A DNA stretch of 64,000 bases from an uncultured Chloroflexia bacterium (GCA_963813535.1 CAWEZH010000002.1:576001-640000), one strand, 5' to 3'; counted from the stretch's first letter, positions 1 through 9,915 are shown. Numbers and translations: made by a program. The notes: generated by a model not told the origin, from the letters alone.

Positions 1-199
1 CGGCTTCGTCCACATGAACGAGCAGGATCCGATCATGCATGAGGCCGTCGAGCGGGTCATCGCCGCGATCGACACGCCGGGCGACCACATCAGCGAGATC
101 GGACTGCTCAAGAGCCAGGTCAAGGAGAGCCTTTCGCGGTTCCTGTACGAGCAGACCAAGCGGCGCCCGATGGTCTTCCCGGTCGTGGTCGAGGTCTGA
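1..199 (+). CDS. rnj: Ribonuclease J, C-terminal part (truncated by window edge)
   Basis: C-terminus GFVHMNE...LSRFLYEQTKRRPMVFPVVVEV matches the RNase J C-terminal motif; directly upstream of ftsK, the usual synteny. Confidence 0.85.
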   Translation, partial: GFVHMNEQDPIMHEAVERVIAAIDTPGDHISEIGLLKSQVKESLSRFLYEQTKRRPMVFPVVVEV

Positions 200-201
200 G
201 C

Positions 202-2640
202 GTGGCCAAGGCCCGCCGATCCAGTCCTCGCCCGGCCAGCCGGTCCGGTGCCAGCCGCACGCCGCGGCGGCGCATATCACGAGACCTGGCGCGCGTCTTC
301 ACGCCAGAAGTCGTGCGCTCGATCGTCGGCACCGCGATGATGGCCCTCGGTGCGATCACGCTCATCGCCCTGATCCTGCCGGGCCAGGGTGCCCTGACGG
401 ACTGGTGGCGCGACTCGATCGCGCCGTGGTTCGAGACTGGTCGCTGGCTGCTGCCGTTCCTGCTACTGGGCGGCGGCTGGTACGTGGCCGGCGGTCCGGG
501 GCGCCAACCCGGCTCCGGCTGGGGTATGACGCTGGCCGGCCTGGGCATCGCCTACATCGCCGGTCTCGGCGCACTCGAGGTCCTCAAGATCGAGCTGTTC
601 GACACCGAACGAGGTGGCGGACGCATCGGCCGCTTCCTGGCGGGGACCCTGGAGCCGCTGCTCACACCTCCGGGCACGTTCGTGCTCCTTGCGGCGATCG
701 CGGGTCTCGGGCTGATGCTCGCGTTCAACCTGCAGCTCCGCGAGTTGTTCGCGCCGGTCACCGGCGCGGCGCGCTGGGTCGGGACGACCACGGCGGAGTC
801 GATGCGTCGTGTCGGAGAGTCGCGGCCGCAGAAGCCGGCAGCCCCGCCAGAGTACGGCCGCGCCAAGGCCGCTGCCGCCGCCAAGCCGCCGGTCGCGGTC
901 CCGATGGTCTCGGCGGCCGAACTCGCGGCCGCCCGGAGCATCCTCGACGAACCGGCGCCGTTGACGAACCAGTCCCCGGTCAGCCAGACCGTGTGGACGG
1001 GGCCTCTCGACGGCGGATCGGGCGGTGCCCCAGCCCGGTTGTCACGCGGGACCGGCAACGGCAACGGGACCGGCGCGAGTCGGGTCGCGACCGCAGTGGC
1101 GACGGACGGACCGACCGCCCAGGAGTCGTTGAACGCGATCGACTGGAACCTGCCGAGCGTCGACCTGCTGGAGCCGCGAGCGGCAGGACGGGTCGGGGCG
1201 GGCGTCGATCACGAATCGAACAAGCGCCGGATCGAGGAGAAGCTGCTCAGCTTCTCGATCCCGGCCAAGGTCGTGGCGGTCAACTCGGGTCCGGTGGTGA
1301 CCCAGTACGAGGTCCGGCCGGAGCATCACGTCAAGGTGTCACGGATCGAGGCGCTGGCCGACGACCTGGCGATGGCCCTGGCCGCCCGCTCGATCCGCAT
1401 CGAGGCGCCCATCCCGGGCAAGGACGTCGTCGGCATCGAGATCCCGAACTCGGTCAGCGAGGTGGTCGGCTTCAAGCCGCTCGTCGACGAGAGCGCGATG
1501 CTCGGCTCGACCAGCCCGCTGACGTTCGCCCTCGGACGCGACGTGTCGGGCAAGGCCTATGCCGTCGACCTCGCCAAGATGCCCCACCTGCTCGTCGCCG
1601 GCGCGACCGGCTCGGGCAAGAGCGTGTGCGTGAACGCACTCATCACCAGCCTGCTGATGCGCGCACGACCGGACGAGGTGCGCCTCATCCTGGTCGATCT
1701 CAAGCGCGTCGAGCTGGCGCCATACAACGGGCTGCCGCACCTCCTCCAGCACGTGATCGTCGAGCCGAACGAGGCGAAGGCGGTGCTCAACTGGGCGGTC
1801 CGCGAGATGGAGGACCGCTACAAGCTACTGGCAGCCCACGGCGTACGCAACATCGCGGCATTCAACGCGCGTCAGGACGTGGACGCGGCCGGTGTCGACG
1901 GCGACGTCGGCGCGGAGCGGATGCCCTACATCGTGCTCATCATCGATGAGCTGGCCGACCTGATCATGCGCGAGGGCCGCAAGGTCGAGGACCCGGTCGT
2001 GAAGATCGCCCAGAAGGCCAGGGCCGTCGGCATCCACCTGGTCCTCGCCACGCAGCGGCCGTCGGTCAATGTCGTGACCGGTCTCATCAAGGCCAACGTC
2101 CCGTCACGCATCGCCTTCGCCATGGCCTCGAACGTCGACTCGCGCACGGTGCTCGATGCACAGGGCGCCGAGGACCTCATCGGTCGGGGCGACATGCTGT
2201 ACCAGCCGGTCGACCTGCCGCGGCCGGTGCGCATGCAGGGCGTGTTCGTGAGCGACCGCGAGGTCTCGGCGATCACCCAGCACTGGCTCGAGCAGACCGG
2301 CGACCGCACGTTCTACGACGAAGGCATCCTCGCGTTCGCTGATCCCGAGGATGGCGGAGGCACGGACGCGGGCCAGTTCGCCTGGCTGCGCAAGCTCGGC
2401 GTCGACGAGATGACGGTGCCCGCCGCGGAACTCGTGACCAGCTTGCAGCGCGCGAGCACGTCGATGCTCCAGACCAAGCTCAAGCTCGGCTTCGCCCGTG
2501 CGAGCCGGGTGATGGACGAGCTGGAGCGGTACGGCATCATCGGTCCACAGGATCCGCGCAACCCCGCCACGCCCCGCCAGATCTATGGATCGGACAACTG
2601 GTTTCGGACGCAGGACGACATCGATGATCCGGGGGACTGA
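202..2640 (+). CDS. ftsK: FtsK/SpoIIIE DNA translocase
   Basis: N-terminal TM helices, Walker A GATGSGKS, IIDELADL, ATQRPSV and GRGDML motifs, C-terminal gamma domain. Confidence 0.96.
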   Translation: MAKARRSSPRPASRSGASRTPRRRISRDLARVFTPEVVRSIVGTAMMALGAITLIALILPGQGALTDWWRDSIAPWFETGRWLLPFLLLGGGWYVAGGPGRQPGSGWGMTLAGLGIAYIAGLGALEVLKIELFDTERGGGRIGRFLAGTLEPLLTPPGTFVLLAAIAGLGLMLAFNLQLRELFAPVTGAARWVGTTTAESMRRVGESRPQKPAAPPEYGRAKAAAAAKPPVAVPMVSAAELAAARSILDEPAPLTNQSPVSQTVWTGPLDGGSGGAPARLSRGTGNGNGTGASRVATAVATDGPTAQESLNAIDWNLPSVDLLEPRAAGRVGAGVDHESNKRRIEEKLLSFSIPAKVVAVNSGPVVTQYEVRPEHHVKVSRIEALADDLAMALAARSIRIEAPIPGKDVVGIEIPNSVSEVVGFKPLVDESAMLGSTSPLTFALGRDVSGKAYAVDLAKMPHLLVAGATGSGKSVCVNALITSLLMRARPDEVRLILVDLKRVELAPYNGLPHLLQHVIVEPNEAKAVLNWAVREMEDRYKLLAAHGVRNIAAFNARQDVDAAGVDGDVGAERMPYIVLIIDELADLIMREGRKVEDPVVKIAQKARAVGIHLVLATQRPSVNVVTGLIKANVPSRIAFAMASNVDSRTVLDAQGAEDLIGRGDMLYQPVDLPRPVRMQGVFVSDREVSAITQHWLEQTGDRTFYDEGILAFADPEDGGGTDAGQFAWLRKLGVDEMTVPAAELVTSLQRASTSMLQTKLKLGFARASRVMDELERYGIIGPQDPRNPATPRQIYGSDNWFRTQDDIDDPGD

Positions 2641-2772
2641 GGCGAGCCCGGGGGAGCGCAGCGGCAGCCGAGCCGGGGACCTGGGGTATCCTGTGCGCGA
2701 ATCGGTCGCTTGGGCGGCGCGAGGCCCGATCGGCCGTGACGGACCCGAGCGCGAGCAGGACGGGACGGCCTA

Positions 2773-4125
2773 GTGACGACGAGGGATCAGGTCCGGCGCA
2801 CGGTCGGGGCGGAGCGCGACACGCGAGCGCCCGCCAGCGACGCGGCACCCGGTCTGCCCGAACGCCTTCTTGCTGCACGCGAGCGCAAGGGCGTCGACCT
2901 GTATCGAGCCGAGCGGGACACGAAGATCCGTGCGCGCTATCTCGCAGCGCTCGAACGGGGCGACTATCGCGAGTTGCCGGGCGCCGTCTACACGAAGGGC
3001 TTCCTGCGCAACTACGCTCTGTACCTGGGGCTCGATCCCGACGAGGTCCTGCTGCAGTGGCGTCGCGAGCGTGGCGCGCCGATGGAGCCGCAGCCCGTCA
3101 TCGCCGTCCCGCGGCCGATCGCCGCACCGCGGCGGGGATTGACGTTCTCGCCGGGCCTCATCGTCTTCGCGCTGCTGGTGGCGCTGGTCATCGGTTTCAT
3201 GGTCTGGCTCGGGTTCCAGCTGCTGCGCTTCTCGAAGCCGCCGACGATCTCGGTCACCAACCCCGCGGCCGCCGTGCTCGAGGTCGACGAGGACGCGACG
3301 TCGTACCTGCTCGAGGGCACGACGATCCCGGGCGGGTCGGTCACGATCAAGACGGCCGACGTCGAGGCACGCGCAAACGCCAATTCCGGCGGGCGCTGGA
3401 CGCTCAGCGTGGACCTTCGACGTGGCGAGAACCAGTTCCGTATCACGGCCACCGATCCGGCGACCGGCAAGGAGGCCGAAACGCCGGTCGAGCGCGTGAT
3501 CACCGTGCCGTTCCGCGTGATCGAGGCACCCACCCTCACGGTGGACCAACCGGCCGACGGCGCGACATACGAAAACGGCGCGATACCGATCCAGGGCCGT
3601 ACCACGAACGCCGGAACGGTCGTGGTGACTGCGGCATACACGGGTCCGGCGGCGACCGGCGGGAAGGGCCCGACCCCAGCGCCGCCGGGCAAGCCGGCGC
3701 CGGTGAGCGTGGCGGTGGGTGAGGATGGGACGTTCAGCGCCCCGCTCGAGCTGACCGCCGGCAAGTGGGCGATCACGGTCACGGCGTCCAGCCCGGAGGG
3801 CAAGACGACCTCGCTGACGCGCGCGGTCACGGTCGCATTCAAGGGCGTCAACCTCGTCGTGTCGATCCAGGGTGGTCGTGCCTGGTTGAAGGTCTGGGTC
3901 GATGGCAAGCTCGACCCGAAGACCGGTCCCGCCGGGAAGGTCCTCGGCAATGGGAAGACGCTGACGTTCACGGGCAAGGACTCGATCGAGGTCCGTACGG
4001 GCTCATCCGGCGTGACGAAGTTCACCCTCAATGGGACGCCGCTGGGGGCTTTGGGGAAGAGCGGTACCCCCGAGACCTGGTTGTTCGCGCCGCCCGATGA
4101 ACCGGTGATGACGCAGCGTCGCTAG
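2773..4125 (+). CDS. rodZ: RodZ-like protein (HTH_25, one TM, Ig-like repeats, DUF4115-like C-terminus)
   Basis: TKIRARYLAALERGDY..LPGAVYTKGFLRNYA HTH motif, single TM, AWLKVWVDG C-terminal motif; follows ftsK. Confidence 0.8.
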   Translation: MTTRDQVRRTVGAERDTRAPASDAAPGLPERLLAARERKGVDLYRAERDTKIRARYLAALERGDYRELPGAVYTKGFLRNYALYLGLDPDEVLLQWRRERGAPMEPQPVIAVPRPIAAPRRGLTFSPGLIVFALLVALVIGFMVWLGFQLLRFSKPPTISVTNPAAAVLEVDEDATSYLLEGTTIPGGSVTIKTADVEARANANSGGRWTLSVDLRRGENQFRITATDPATGKEAETPVERVITVPFRVIEAPTLTVDQPADGATYENGAIPIQGRTTNAGTVVVTAAYTGPAATGGKGPTPAPPGKPAPVSVAVGEDGTFSAPLELTAGKWAITVTASSPEGKTTSLTRAVTVAFKGVNLVVSIQGGRAWLKVWVDGKLDPKTGPAGKVLGNGKTLTFTGKDSIEVRTGSSGVTKFTLNGTPLGALGKSGTPETWLFAPPDEPVMTQRR

Positions 4126-4138
4126 CGGCATCGCCCGG

Positions 4139-4645
4139 ATGCCGCCACCCACCGACGAGGAGCTGCTCGATCTTGCCCGGCGGGTCGGGATCGTCTGTCG
4201 TGAGCGCGGACTCACCGTCGGCACGGCCGAATCGTGTACGGGCGGTCTGGTCGCCCACCTCATCACCGAGATCCCGGGTTCGAGCGAGTACTTCGTGGGC
4301 GGACTCGTGACGTACTCGAACCAGGTGAAGACCGCCCTGGTCAACGTCCACAGCGACGTGATCGACGCTCATGGAGCCGTCTCGGCGCAGGTCGCCAAGG
4401 CGATGGCCGAGGGCGCCCGCAACAGGCTCGCGGTGGATGTCGCCGTGGCGGTCACCGGTGTCGCCGGACCCGACGGCGGAGCGGACGCGAAGCCCGTCGG
4501 GCTGACGTACGTCGCGGTCGCGGATCCGGCAGGGGACGATGTGCGGCGGTTCCTCTGGGATAGCGACCGCGCTGGAAACAAGCGGCTGAGCGCGGCAGCG
4601 GCGCTCGGGCTCGTCCTGGATCGACTGGCCGAGCCCGGCACGTGA
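4139..4645 (+). CDS. cinA: CinA C-terminal domain protein / NMN deamidase (PncC family)
   Basis: TAESCTGG, GSSEYF, HGAVS, TGVAGPDGG and KPVG motifs. Confidence 0.9.
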   Translation: MPPPTDEELLDLARRVGIVCRERGLTVGTAESCTGGLVAHLITEIPGSSEYFVGGLVTYSNQVKTALVNVHSDVIDAHGAVSAQVAKAMAEGARNRLAVDVAVAVTGVAGPDGGADAKPVGLTYVAVADPAGDDVRRFLWDSDRAGNKRLSAAAALGLVLDRLAEPGT

Positions 4646-6153
4646 CGCGCGACGCGACGACGATCGGCGCCGGCCTCGCCGCCGCACGGGACGCGCGGCC
4701 GATCCGTCCCGGAGAACGGATCCACGTGGTCGGCGGCGCGGGTGCCGGCGCGAACGCAGCGGCCCTGCTGGCTGCCGACGCTGGCGCGATCGTCACGGCA
4801 TGCGATGCCGGCGGACCTTCTCCGTACTCCGAGGCTCTGGCGCACGCAGGCATCCCCCTTGTCGTCGGACACGATCCGGCTCACGTCGATGCAGCACCAC
4901 CGCCAGACCGGTTGGCGGTGACCAAGGCACTGACAGCCATCGACCCTGACAACGCGGAGCTTCGGGCCGCACGAGAACGCGGGATCCCGCTCGAGCCGTG
5001 GCAACAGGTGATCGCCGACGCAGCGGTCGACCGGACCCTGGTGGCGATCGCCGGCACGCACGGCAAGAGCACGACCGCCGGCTGGCTGGTCCACCTGCTT
5101 GTCGCGGCCGGGCGTGATCCGTCGGCGTTCGTGGGCGCACTGCTTCCCGGCGAAACCACGGGTGGCGCACCGGCGACGGCGCGGACGGGGAGGGGAGACG
5201 CATTCGTCGTCGAGGCGGACGAGTACGCCGGCAACTTCGACCCGTATCGGCCCGGGATCGCGATGCTCACGAGCGTCGAGTGGGACCATCCGGATGTATT
5301 CCCGAACGCTGAGGCGGTCCAGGCTGCGATCGCCGCCTGGATCGTCCGCATGCCGGACGACGGCTGGCTCGTCGCCAACGTCGGCGATGCCGGCGTCGTT
5401 GCGCTCCTCGCTCGGGCCGACATCGGGGACCGCAATGTGATGACTGTGGCTCTCGCGATCGGCAGCGGGTCGGCGGCTGCCGATCTCCGCGGCCGGATCA
5501 TCGCGGAGGACCCGGACGGGACGACGCTCGAGATCGACGGCCTGGATGTCGCCGGCCCCGTCTCGATCCGTCTTCCAACAGCCGGACGGCACAACGCTGC
5601 GAACGCGCTCGGTGTGGCCGGTGTCGCAGTCCGCCTCGGCGTCCCGGCACAGGACATCGTCCGCGGCCTCCAGACGTTCCGCGGTGTCGGTCGGCGGCTG
5701 GAACGGAAGGGCGAGGCTGGCGATGTCGTCGTCTACGATGACTACGGCCACCATCCCACGGCCATCCGCGCCACGATCGAGGCGATCCGGCAGCGCGAGC
5801 CGGGTCGCCGTATCTGGGCGGTCTACGAGCCACTGACGTACCATCGAACCGCCGCGCTGATACCCGAGTTCGCGGCATCGCTCGCGACGGCCGATGCCGT
5901 CGTCATCGCCGACATCTGGGCCGGCCGGGATCCGGACACGTCGATCGCCTCGCCTGCCGGACTTGCCGACGCGGTGGTCGCGGTCCGATCCGACATCCCG
6001 GTCGCGGCACCGGGGCCGGTCGATGCCACAGCGGAGTGGCTGGCTGGTCAGGTCCGTCCCGGTGACGCGGTGCTCGTGATGGGCGGCGGGCAGAGCTACC
6101 GGATCGCGACCGGGTTGCTCGACCGGCTCGGCAGGGAGGCCACCACTCGATGA
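4642..6153 (+). CDS. murC: UDP-N-acetylmuramate--L-alanine ligase (MurC/Mpl family)
   Basis: AGTHGKSTT, VEADEY, EWDHPD, GVGRRLE and DDYGHHPT motifs. Confidence 0.85.
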   Translation: MTRDATTIGAGLAAARDARPIRPGERIHVVGGAGAGANAAALLAADAGAIVTACDAGGPSPYSEALAHAGIPLVVGHDPAHVDAAPPPDRLAVTKALTAIDPDNAELRAARERGIPLEPWQQVIADAAVDRTLVAIAGTHGKSTTAGWLVHLLVAAGRDPSAFVGALLPGETTGGAPATARTGRGDAFVVEADEYAGNFDPYRPGIAMLTSVEWDHPDVFPNAEAVQAAIAAWIVRMPDDGWLVANVGDAGVVALLARADIGDRNVMTVALAIGSGSAAADLRGRIIAEDPDGTTLEIDGLDVAGPVSIRLPTAGRHNAANALGVAGVAVRLGVPAQDIVRGLQTFRGVGRRLERKGEAGDVVVYDDYGHHPTAIRATIEAIRQREPGRRIWAVYEPLTYHRTAALIPEFAASLATADAVVIADIWAGRDPDTSIASPAGLADAVVAVRSDIPVAAPGPVDATAEWLAGQVRPGDAVLVMGGGQSYRIATGLLDRLGREATTR

Positions 6154-6539
6154 CCATCGATCACGCCGCAGCCGCCGATCTCCTGGAGCGCTACGGCCAG
6201 TCGTGGCAGACGTTCGACGGCGATGCCTGGACCGAGCTCTTCACCGAGGACGTCGAGTACCACGAGGACCCGTTCGAACCGCCGATGGTGGGGCACAATG
6301 CGATCCGGGCCTATCTGCTGGAGGCCGCCGAGCAGCAGCAGGACGTCGAATTCACGGTCGAGCGCCACTGGGTGATCGACCCGACCGTCCTCGCGGCGTG
6401 GCATGCGAGTTACGTTCGTCGGTCGGATCGCGCGCGTGTGCGGCTGGCCGGCTTCATGACGATGGAGATCTCGGAGGACGGGCGGATCGGCCGCTTCCGC
6501 GAGTGGTGGCATCGACGCGAGTCGTCCGCCACTGGCTGA
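6150..6539 (+). CDS. SnoaL-like / NTF2-family protein
   Basis: LFTEDVEYHEDPF...GHNAIRAY and C-terminal FREWW; ATGA overlap with murC. Confidence 0.8.
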   Translation: MTIDHAAAADLLERYGQSWQTFDGDAWTELFTEDVEYHEDPFEPPMVGHNAIRAYLLEAAEQQQDVEFTVERHWVIDPTVLAAWHASYVRRSDRARVRLAGFMTMEISEDGRIGRFREWWHRRESSATG

Positions 6540-6554
6540 AACAGGAGGAGTTGC

Positions 6555-7046
6555 ATGGCGGGCGATGCGTCGTTCGATGTGGTGAGCGATTTCGACGAGC
6601 AGGAGCTCAGGAACGCGCTCGATCAAGTCCGGCGCGAGGTCGGACAGCGCTACGACTTCAAGGGCGTCACGGTCGACCTGACCCAATCGAAGGACGAGGT
6701 CGTCCTCGTCACTGACGATGAGTACCGCGCCACGGCCGTGAAGGACCTCATCGAATCGAAGGCGATCCGGCGAAACCTCTCGCTCAAGATCTTCGACTGG
6801 GGTCGCGTCGAACCGGCCGGCGGTAACAAGGTCCGCCAGGAGATCAAGCTGCGGCGCGGGCTCACCGACGAGATCGCCAAGCGGATCACCAAGCTCATCC
6901 GCGACGAGTTCCCGAAGGTCAAGTCGCAGATCCAGGGCGACGCCGTTCGCGTATCGGCGAAGAGCAAGGACGACCTCCAAAAGGTCATCGCCCGGCTGCG
7001 CGAGCTCGATGAGCCCGTTCCGCTGCAATTCCAGAACTACCGCTGA
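6555..7046 (+). CDS. yajQ: YajQ family nucleotide (c-di-GMP)-binding protein
   Basis: SFDVVS, RYDFKG, QIQGDAVRVS, KDDLQ and LQFQNYR motifs; strong SD AGGAGG. Confidence 0.95.
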   Translation: MAGDASFDVVSDFDEQELRNALDQVRREVGQRYDFKGVTVDLTQSKDEVVLVTDDEYRATAVKDLIESKAIRRNLSLKIFDWGRVEPAGGNKVRQEIKLRRGLTDEIAKRITKLIRDEFPKVKSQIQGDAVRVSAKSKDDLQKVIARLRELDEPVPLQFQNYR

Positions 7047-7057
7047 GGTCGATCGTG

Positions 7058-7162
7058 ATGCCTGGCGCCCGGTTCGCGAAGATCGTGATGGTCGCGGTGA
7101 TCGTCGTGATCGTACTCGGGCTCGTGCTGTCGACGGTCGCCTATCCGCTCGCGTTCGGATGA
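7058..7162 (+). CDS. Unannotated 34-aa single-pass membrane protein MPGARFAKIVMVAVIVVIVLGLVLSTVAYPLAFG
   Basis: Fills the yajQ-TPP gap, GAGG upstream of the ATG, GC-rich third positions, stop overlaps next start (ATGA). Confidence 0.7.
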   Translation: MPGARFAKIVMVAVIVVIVLGLVLSTVAYPLAFG

Positions 7163-9024
7163 CCGACGAGCTCGTGCCGGTCCCCGGCAGCGATACACCG
7201 CTGTCGGAAGCCCCAGAGACGGCCCTCGAACCGCATCCGGCCGACCCCGGACCCGAGACCGACGCGGCAGACGCCCACAGCGAGCCGACGGAGGCCGCCG
7301 GTGAGGCGACGGAGGCGGCCAGCGAGCCGATCGAGGCGGCCAGCGAGCCGATCGACACTGGACCGAGGACCGTCGGTCGCTTGGTGGCGGACGCGCTCCG
7401 TACCGCCGGCGTGCGCTACGCGTTCACGGTTCCGGGCGAGTCATTCCTCGGACTGCTCGACGGGCTCCACGGTGCTGGGATCCGGGTGATCGCGACACGT
7501 CACGAAGGCGGAGCCGCCTTCATGGCCGAGGCACACGGCAATCTGACCGGGCGGCCCGCTGCGTGCATCGGTACGCGCGCGGTCGGCTCATCGAACCTGG
7601 CGATCGGCATCCACACGGCCCGCCAGGACTCCTCGCCGATGTTCGCGCTCGTGGGTCAGGTGGAACGGTCCCATCGGGGGCACGAGGCCTTCCAGGAGAT
7701 CGACCAGGTCGCCACGATCGGCGGCTTGGCCAAGTGGGCCGCGGAGCCCGCCGACGCCGCCGACGTACCCGGGGTACTGGCGGAGGCACTGCGACAGGTC
7801 GCCAGTGGACGACCGGGACCGGTGCTGCTGTCGTTCCCGGAAGACCTGCTCGACGAGCTCGTACCGTCCGATATGCGCATCGCGCCCGAGCGCCCGACCA
7901 TCGGTCGACCCACTGACGCCGACATCCGACAGGTCCTCGAATTACTGGCATCGGCCGTACGGCCCGTCATCCTCGCCGGTGGGGGCGTCCTTCGCGCCCG
8001 GACGTCGACCGACCTGCTGCGGTTCGCCGAACTGCTGCAGGTCCCGATCGTCGCCGGCTGGCGGCGTGCCGATGTCGTGTCGAATGACCACCCCCTCTAT
8101 CTCGGGATGGCGGGCATCGGTGCCGCGCCGAGCGTGCGCGAGCGATTGCTGGCGGCCGACGCGATGCTCGTGATCGGCTGCCGCCTGAGCGAACCGACGT
8201 CATGGGACGACACGATCCCGGCCTCCGGGACGCGCTGGGCGTCGGTCGACATCGAGCCTCACGCGTCTCACGGACCGCGACCCGCCGACCTGACGGTCGT
8301 CGCCGATGCGCGGACATTCCTCCGCGCCGCCAACGATCGGCTCGTGGGTCGTGCCGTGCTCGATGCGGAGAAGGTTCGCCACCGCCAGGCGAACAATGAG
8401 GTCGACCGGGCCGCGTGGGAGGCGGCGTCCATCGTCGACGCCGATGCCGACGCCTGGACCGGACCGGGCGTCCACCCGGGTCGCGTCGTGACGACGCTGC
8501 GCCAGGTCCTGCCCGACGATGCGATCCTCACGACGGATGCCGGGAACTTCGCCGGCTGGGCGGGTCGCGGGTTCCGGTTCCGCCGACCCGGGACCTTCCT
8601 CGGCCCGACGTCCGGCGCGATGGGCTACGCCGTCCCGGCGGCGATCGCGGCCGCGCTGGTCCATCGCGATCGGCCGGTCGTGGCGCTGGCCGGCGACGGC
8701 GGGATGGCCATGACGATGGCCGAGCTGGAGACCGCGACCCGGGAAGGCATCCGGATCATCGTCCTCGTGTTCGACAACGAGCGCTACGGGACGATCCGGA
8801 TGTGGCAGGCGCGTCGGGGCAGCGGCGAAGGTGTCGGCACCGAGCTTGGACCGGTCGATTTCGTGGCGATCGCTCGCGGGCTCGGGGCCCGCGGGATCCG
8901 CGTCGAGCGCGACGCCGACCTGGAGTCCGCCCTTCGCCAGGCTCTCGTCGAGGATCGCTCGACGGTGATCCAGCTCGTGGTCGACCGTGCCTGGGTCTCG
9001 GTCGACCAGCCAGCGACGGCCTGA
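7159..9024 (+). CDS. Thiamine pyrophosphate-binding enzyme (acetolactate synthase-like)
   Basis: VPGESF, RHEGGAAFMAEA, GRPGPV, SGAMGY and GDGG..N TPP motif; start moved to ATG 7159. Confidence 0.9.
   Translation: MTDELVPVPGSDTPLSEAPETALEPHPADPGPETDAADAHSEPTEAAGEATEAASEPIEAASEPIDTGPRTVGRLVADALRTAGVRYAFTVPGESFLGLLDGLHGAGIRVIATRHEGGAAFMAEAHGNLTGRPAACIGTRAVGSSNLAIGIHTARQDSSPMFALVGQVERSHRGHEAFQEIDQVATIGGLAKWAAEPADAADVPGVLAEALRQVASGRPGPVLLSFPEDLLDELVPSDMRIAPERPTIGRPTDADIRQVLELLASAVRPVILAGGGVLRARTSTDLLRFAELLQVPIVAGWRRADVVSNDHPLYLGMAGIGAAPSVRERLLAADAMLVIGCRLSEPTSWDDTIPASGTRWASVDIEPHASHGPRPADLTVVADARTFLRAANDRLVGRAVLDAEKVRHRQANNEVDRAAWEAASIVDADADAWTGPGVHPGRVVTTLRQVLPDDAILTTDAGNFAGWAGRGFRFRRPGTFLGPTSGAMGYAVPAAIAAALVHRDRPVVALAGDGGMAMTMAELETATREGIRIIVLVFDNERYGTIRMWQARRGSGEGVGTELGPVDFVAIARGLGARGIRVERDADLESALRQALVEDRSTVIQLVVDRAWVSVDQPATA
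7279..7355 (+). repeat. In-frame 21-bp tandem repeat (about 3.7 copies) encoding SEP(T/I)EAA units
   Basis: AGCGAGCCGACGGAGGCCGCC / GGTGAGGCGACGGAGGCGGCC / AGCGAGCCGATCGAGGCGGCC / AGCGAGCCGATCGA. Confidence 0.85.
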
Positions 9025-9039
9025 TCGCCGGCTGTTCGG

Positions 9040-9915
9040 TCAGGACGGAACGGTCGGCAAGGCCGCCTCGGCCGCACGGATCGCGGCACCGATCCGCTCG
9101 AGCGCGGGGAGGTTCGCCGCGACGAACGCCGCCTCGTGTGGCGCGGCGACGACCGCCCGCTCTGCGTCGTAGGCCGCATCACACTGGGCCAGGACGCCCG
9201 CCACGCGGCGTTCGTCCGCCTGGAGCGCGGCGAGAGCAGCGATCGATCGAGTACCCGAGCCGAGGGACGCCGTGCGACTCCCGTACGTCTCGATGAGCTG
9301 CGCGGCGAGCGTGCGCCGGTCGGGCGGGAGGTCCGGCGCCACGGATCCGACGCAGGCCTGCCATGACGCCAGCAGGTGACGCGCGGATGGATCGGCGGCG
9401 ATGCGCCGATCGAGCTCGAGGAGCGCCGGGCGCATCGGCGCCAGCAGCCGCTCCCGCAGTCCGTACACCTCTGTCGTCGCAGCGGCCTGGCAGCCCACGG
9501 CACCGCCCTCTCCATGCAGTGCGCGGCGATAGGTATCACGGACGTCGGGCGGAGCGACGCCCTGCCGCCGGAGGTTGGGATCCACCGGCGTCACCGTTGC
9601 CGTCTGGCCGGCCGACGTCGACACCCCGAAGCCCCAGCGAGCGGCCCAGTGGATGGGCGGGAGGTCGGCATCCGGCACCGAGGGCGGCGGTTCGACCCAG
9701 GGCTCCCAGTCGACGCCATGGTCGGTCATGCATGCGGCGACGAGCGCCGCCACCGCCTCCGCGCGTCGACGATCCATATCGATACCCGGAACGTCGGCGG
9801 CCAGCGCGCCCGCGACGGTCCCCGGAACAGCGTCCGGCCGTCCTGACAGGACGCTCGTCGCCAGGCCAAGGCCACAGACGATGCCCAGGACCAGGGCGGT
9901 GTACGCCGCTCTCAC
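9040..9915 (-). CDS. Hypothetical exported or membrane-anchored helical protein
   Basis: GTG 9915 overlaps the upstream stop; N-terminal hydrophobic segment; spaced Cys (ACM, GCQ, ACV, QCD). Confidence 0.65.
   Translation of the reverse strand: MRAAYTALVLGIVCGLGLATSVLSGRPDAVPGTVAGALAADVPGIDMDRRRAEAVAALVAACMTDHGVDWEPWVEPPPSVPDADLPPIHWAARWGFGVSTSAGQTATVTPVDPNLRRQGVAPPDVRDTYRRALHGEGGAVGCQAAATTEVYGLRERLLAPMRPALLELDRRIAADPSARHLLASWQACVGSVAPDLPPDRRTLAAQLIETYGSRTASLGSGTRSIAALAALQADERRVAGVLAQCDAAYDAERAVVAAPHEAAFVAANLPALERIGAAIRAAEAALPTVPS

Noticed and set aside
39-1949. Long alternative-frame and antisense ORFs (e.g. 39..1949, 14243..15817, 32931..35081, 61021..62658)
   Set aside because: Arg/Pro/Gly-rich shadow ORFs typical of high-GC DNA; they overlap genes with clear family motifs
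7279-7355. CRISPR-like repeat
   Set aside because: Contiguous 21-bp in-frame coding repeats with no spacers and no cas genes
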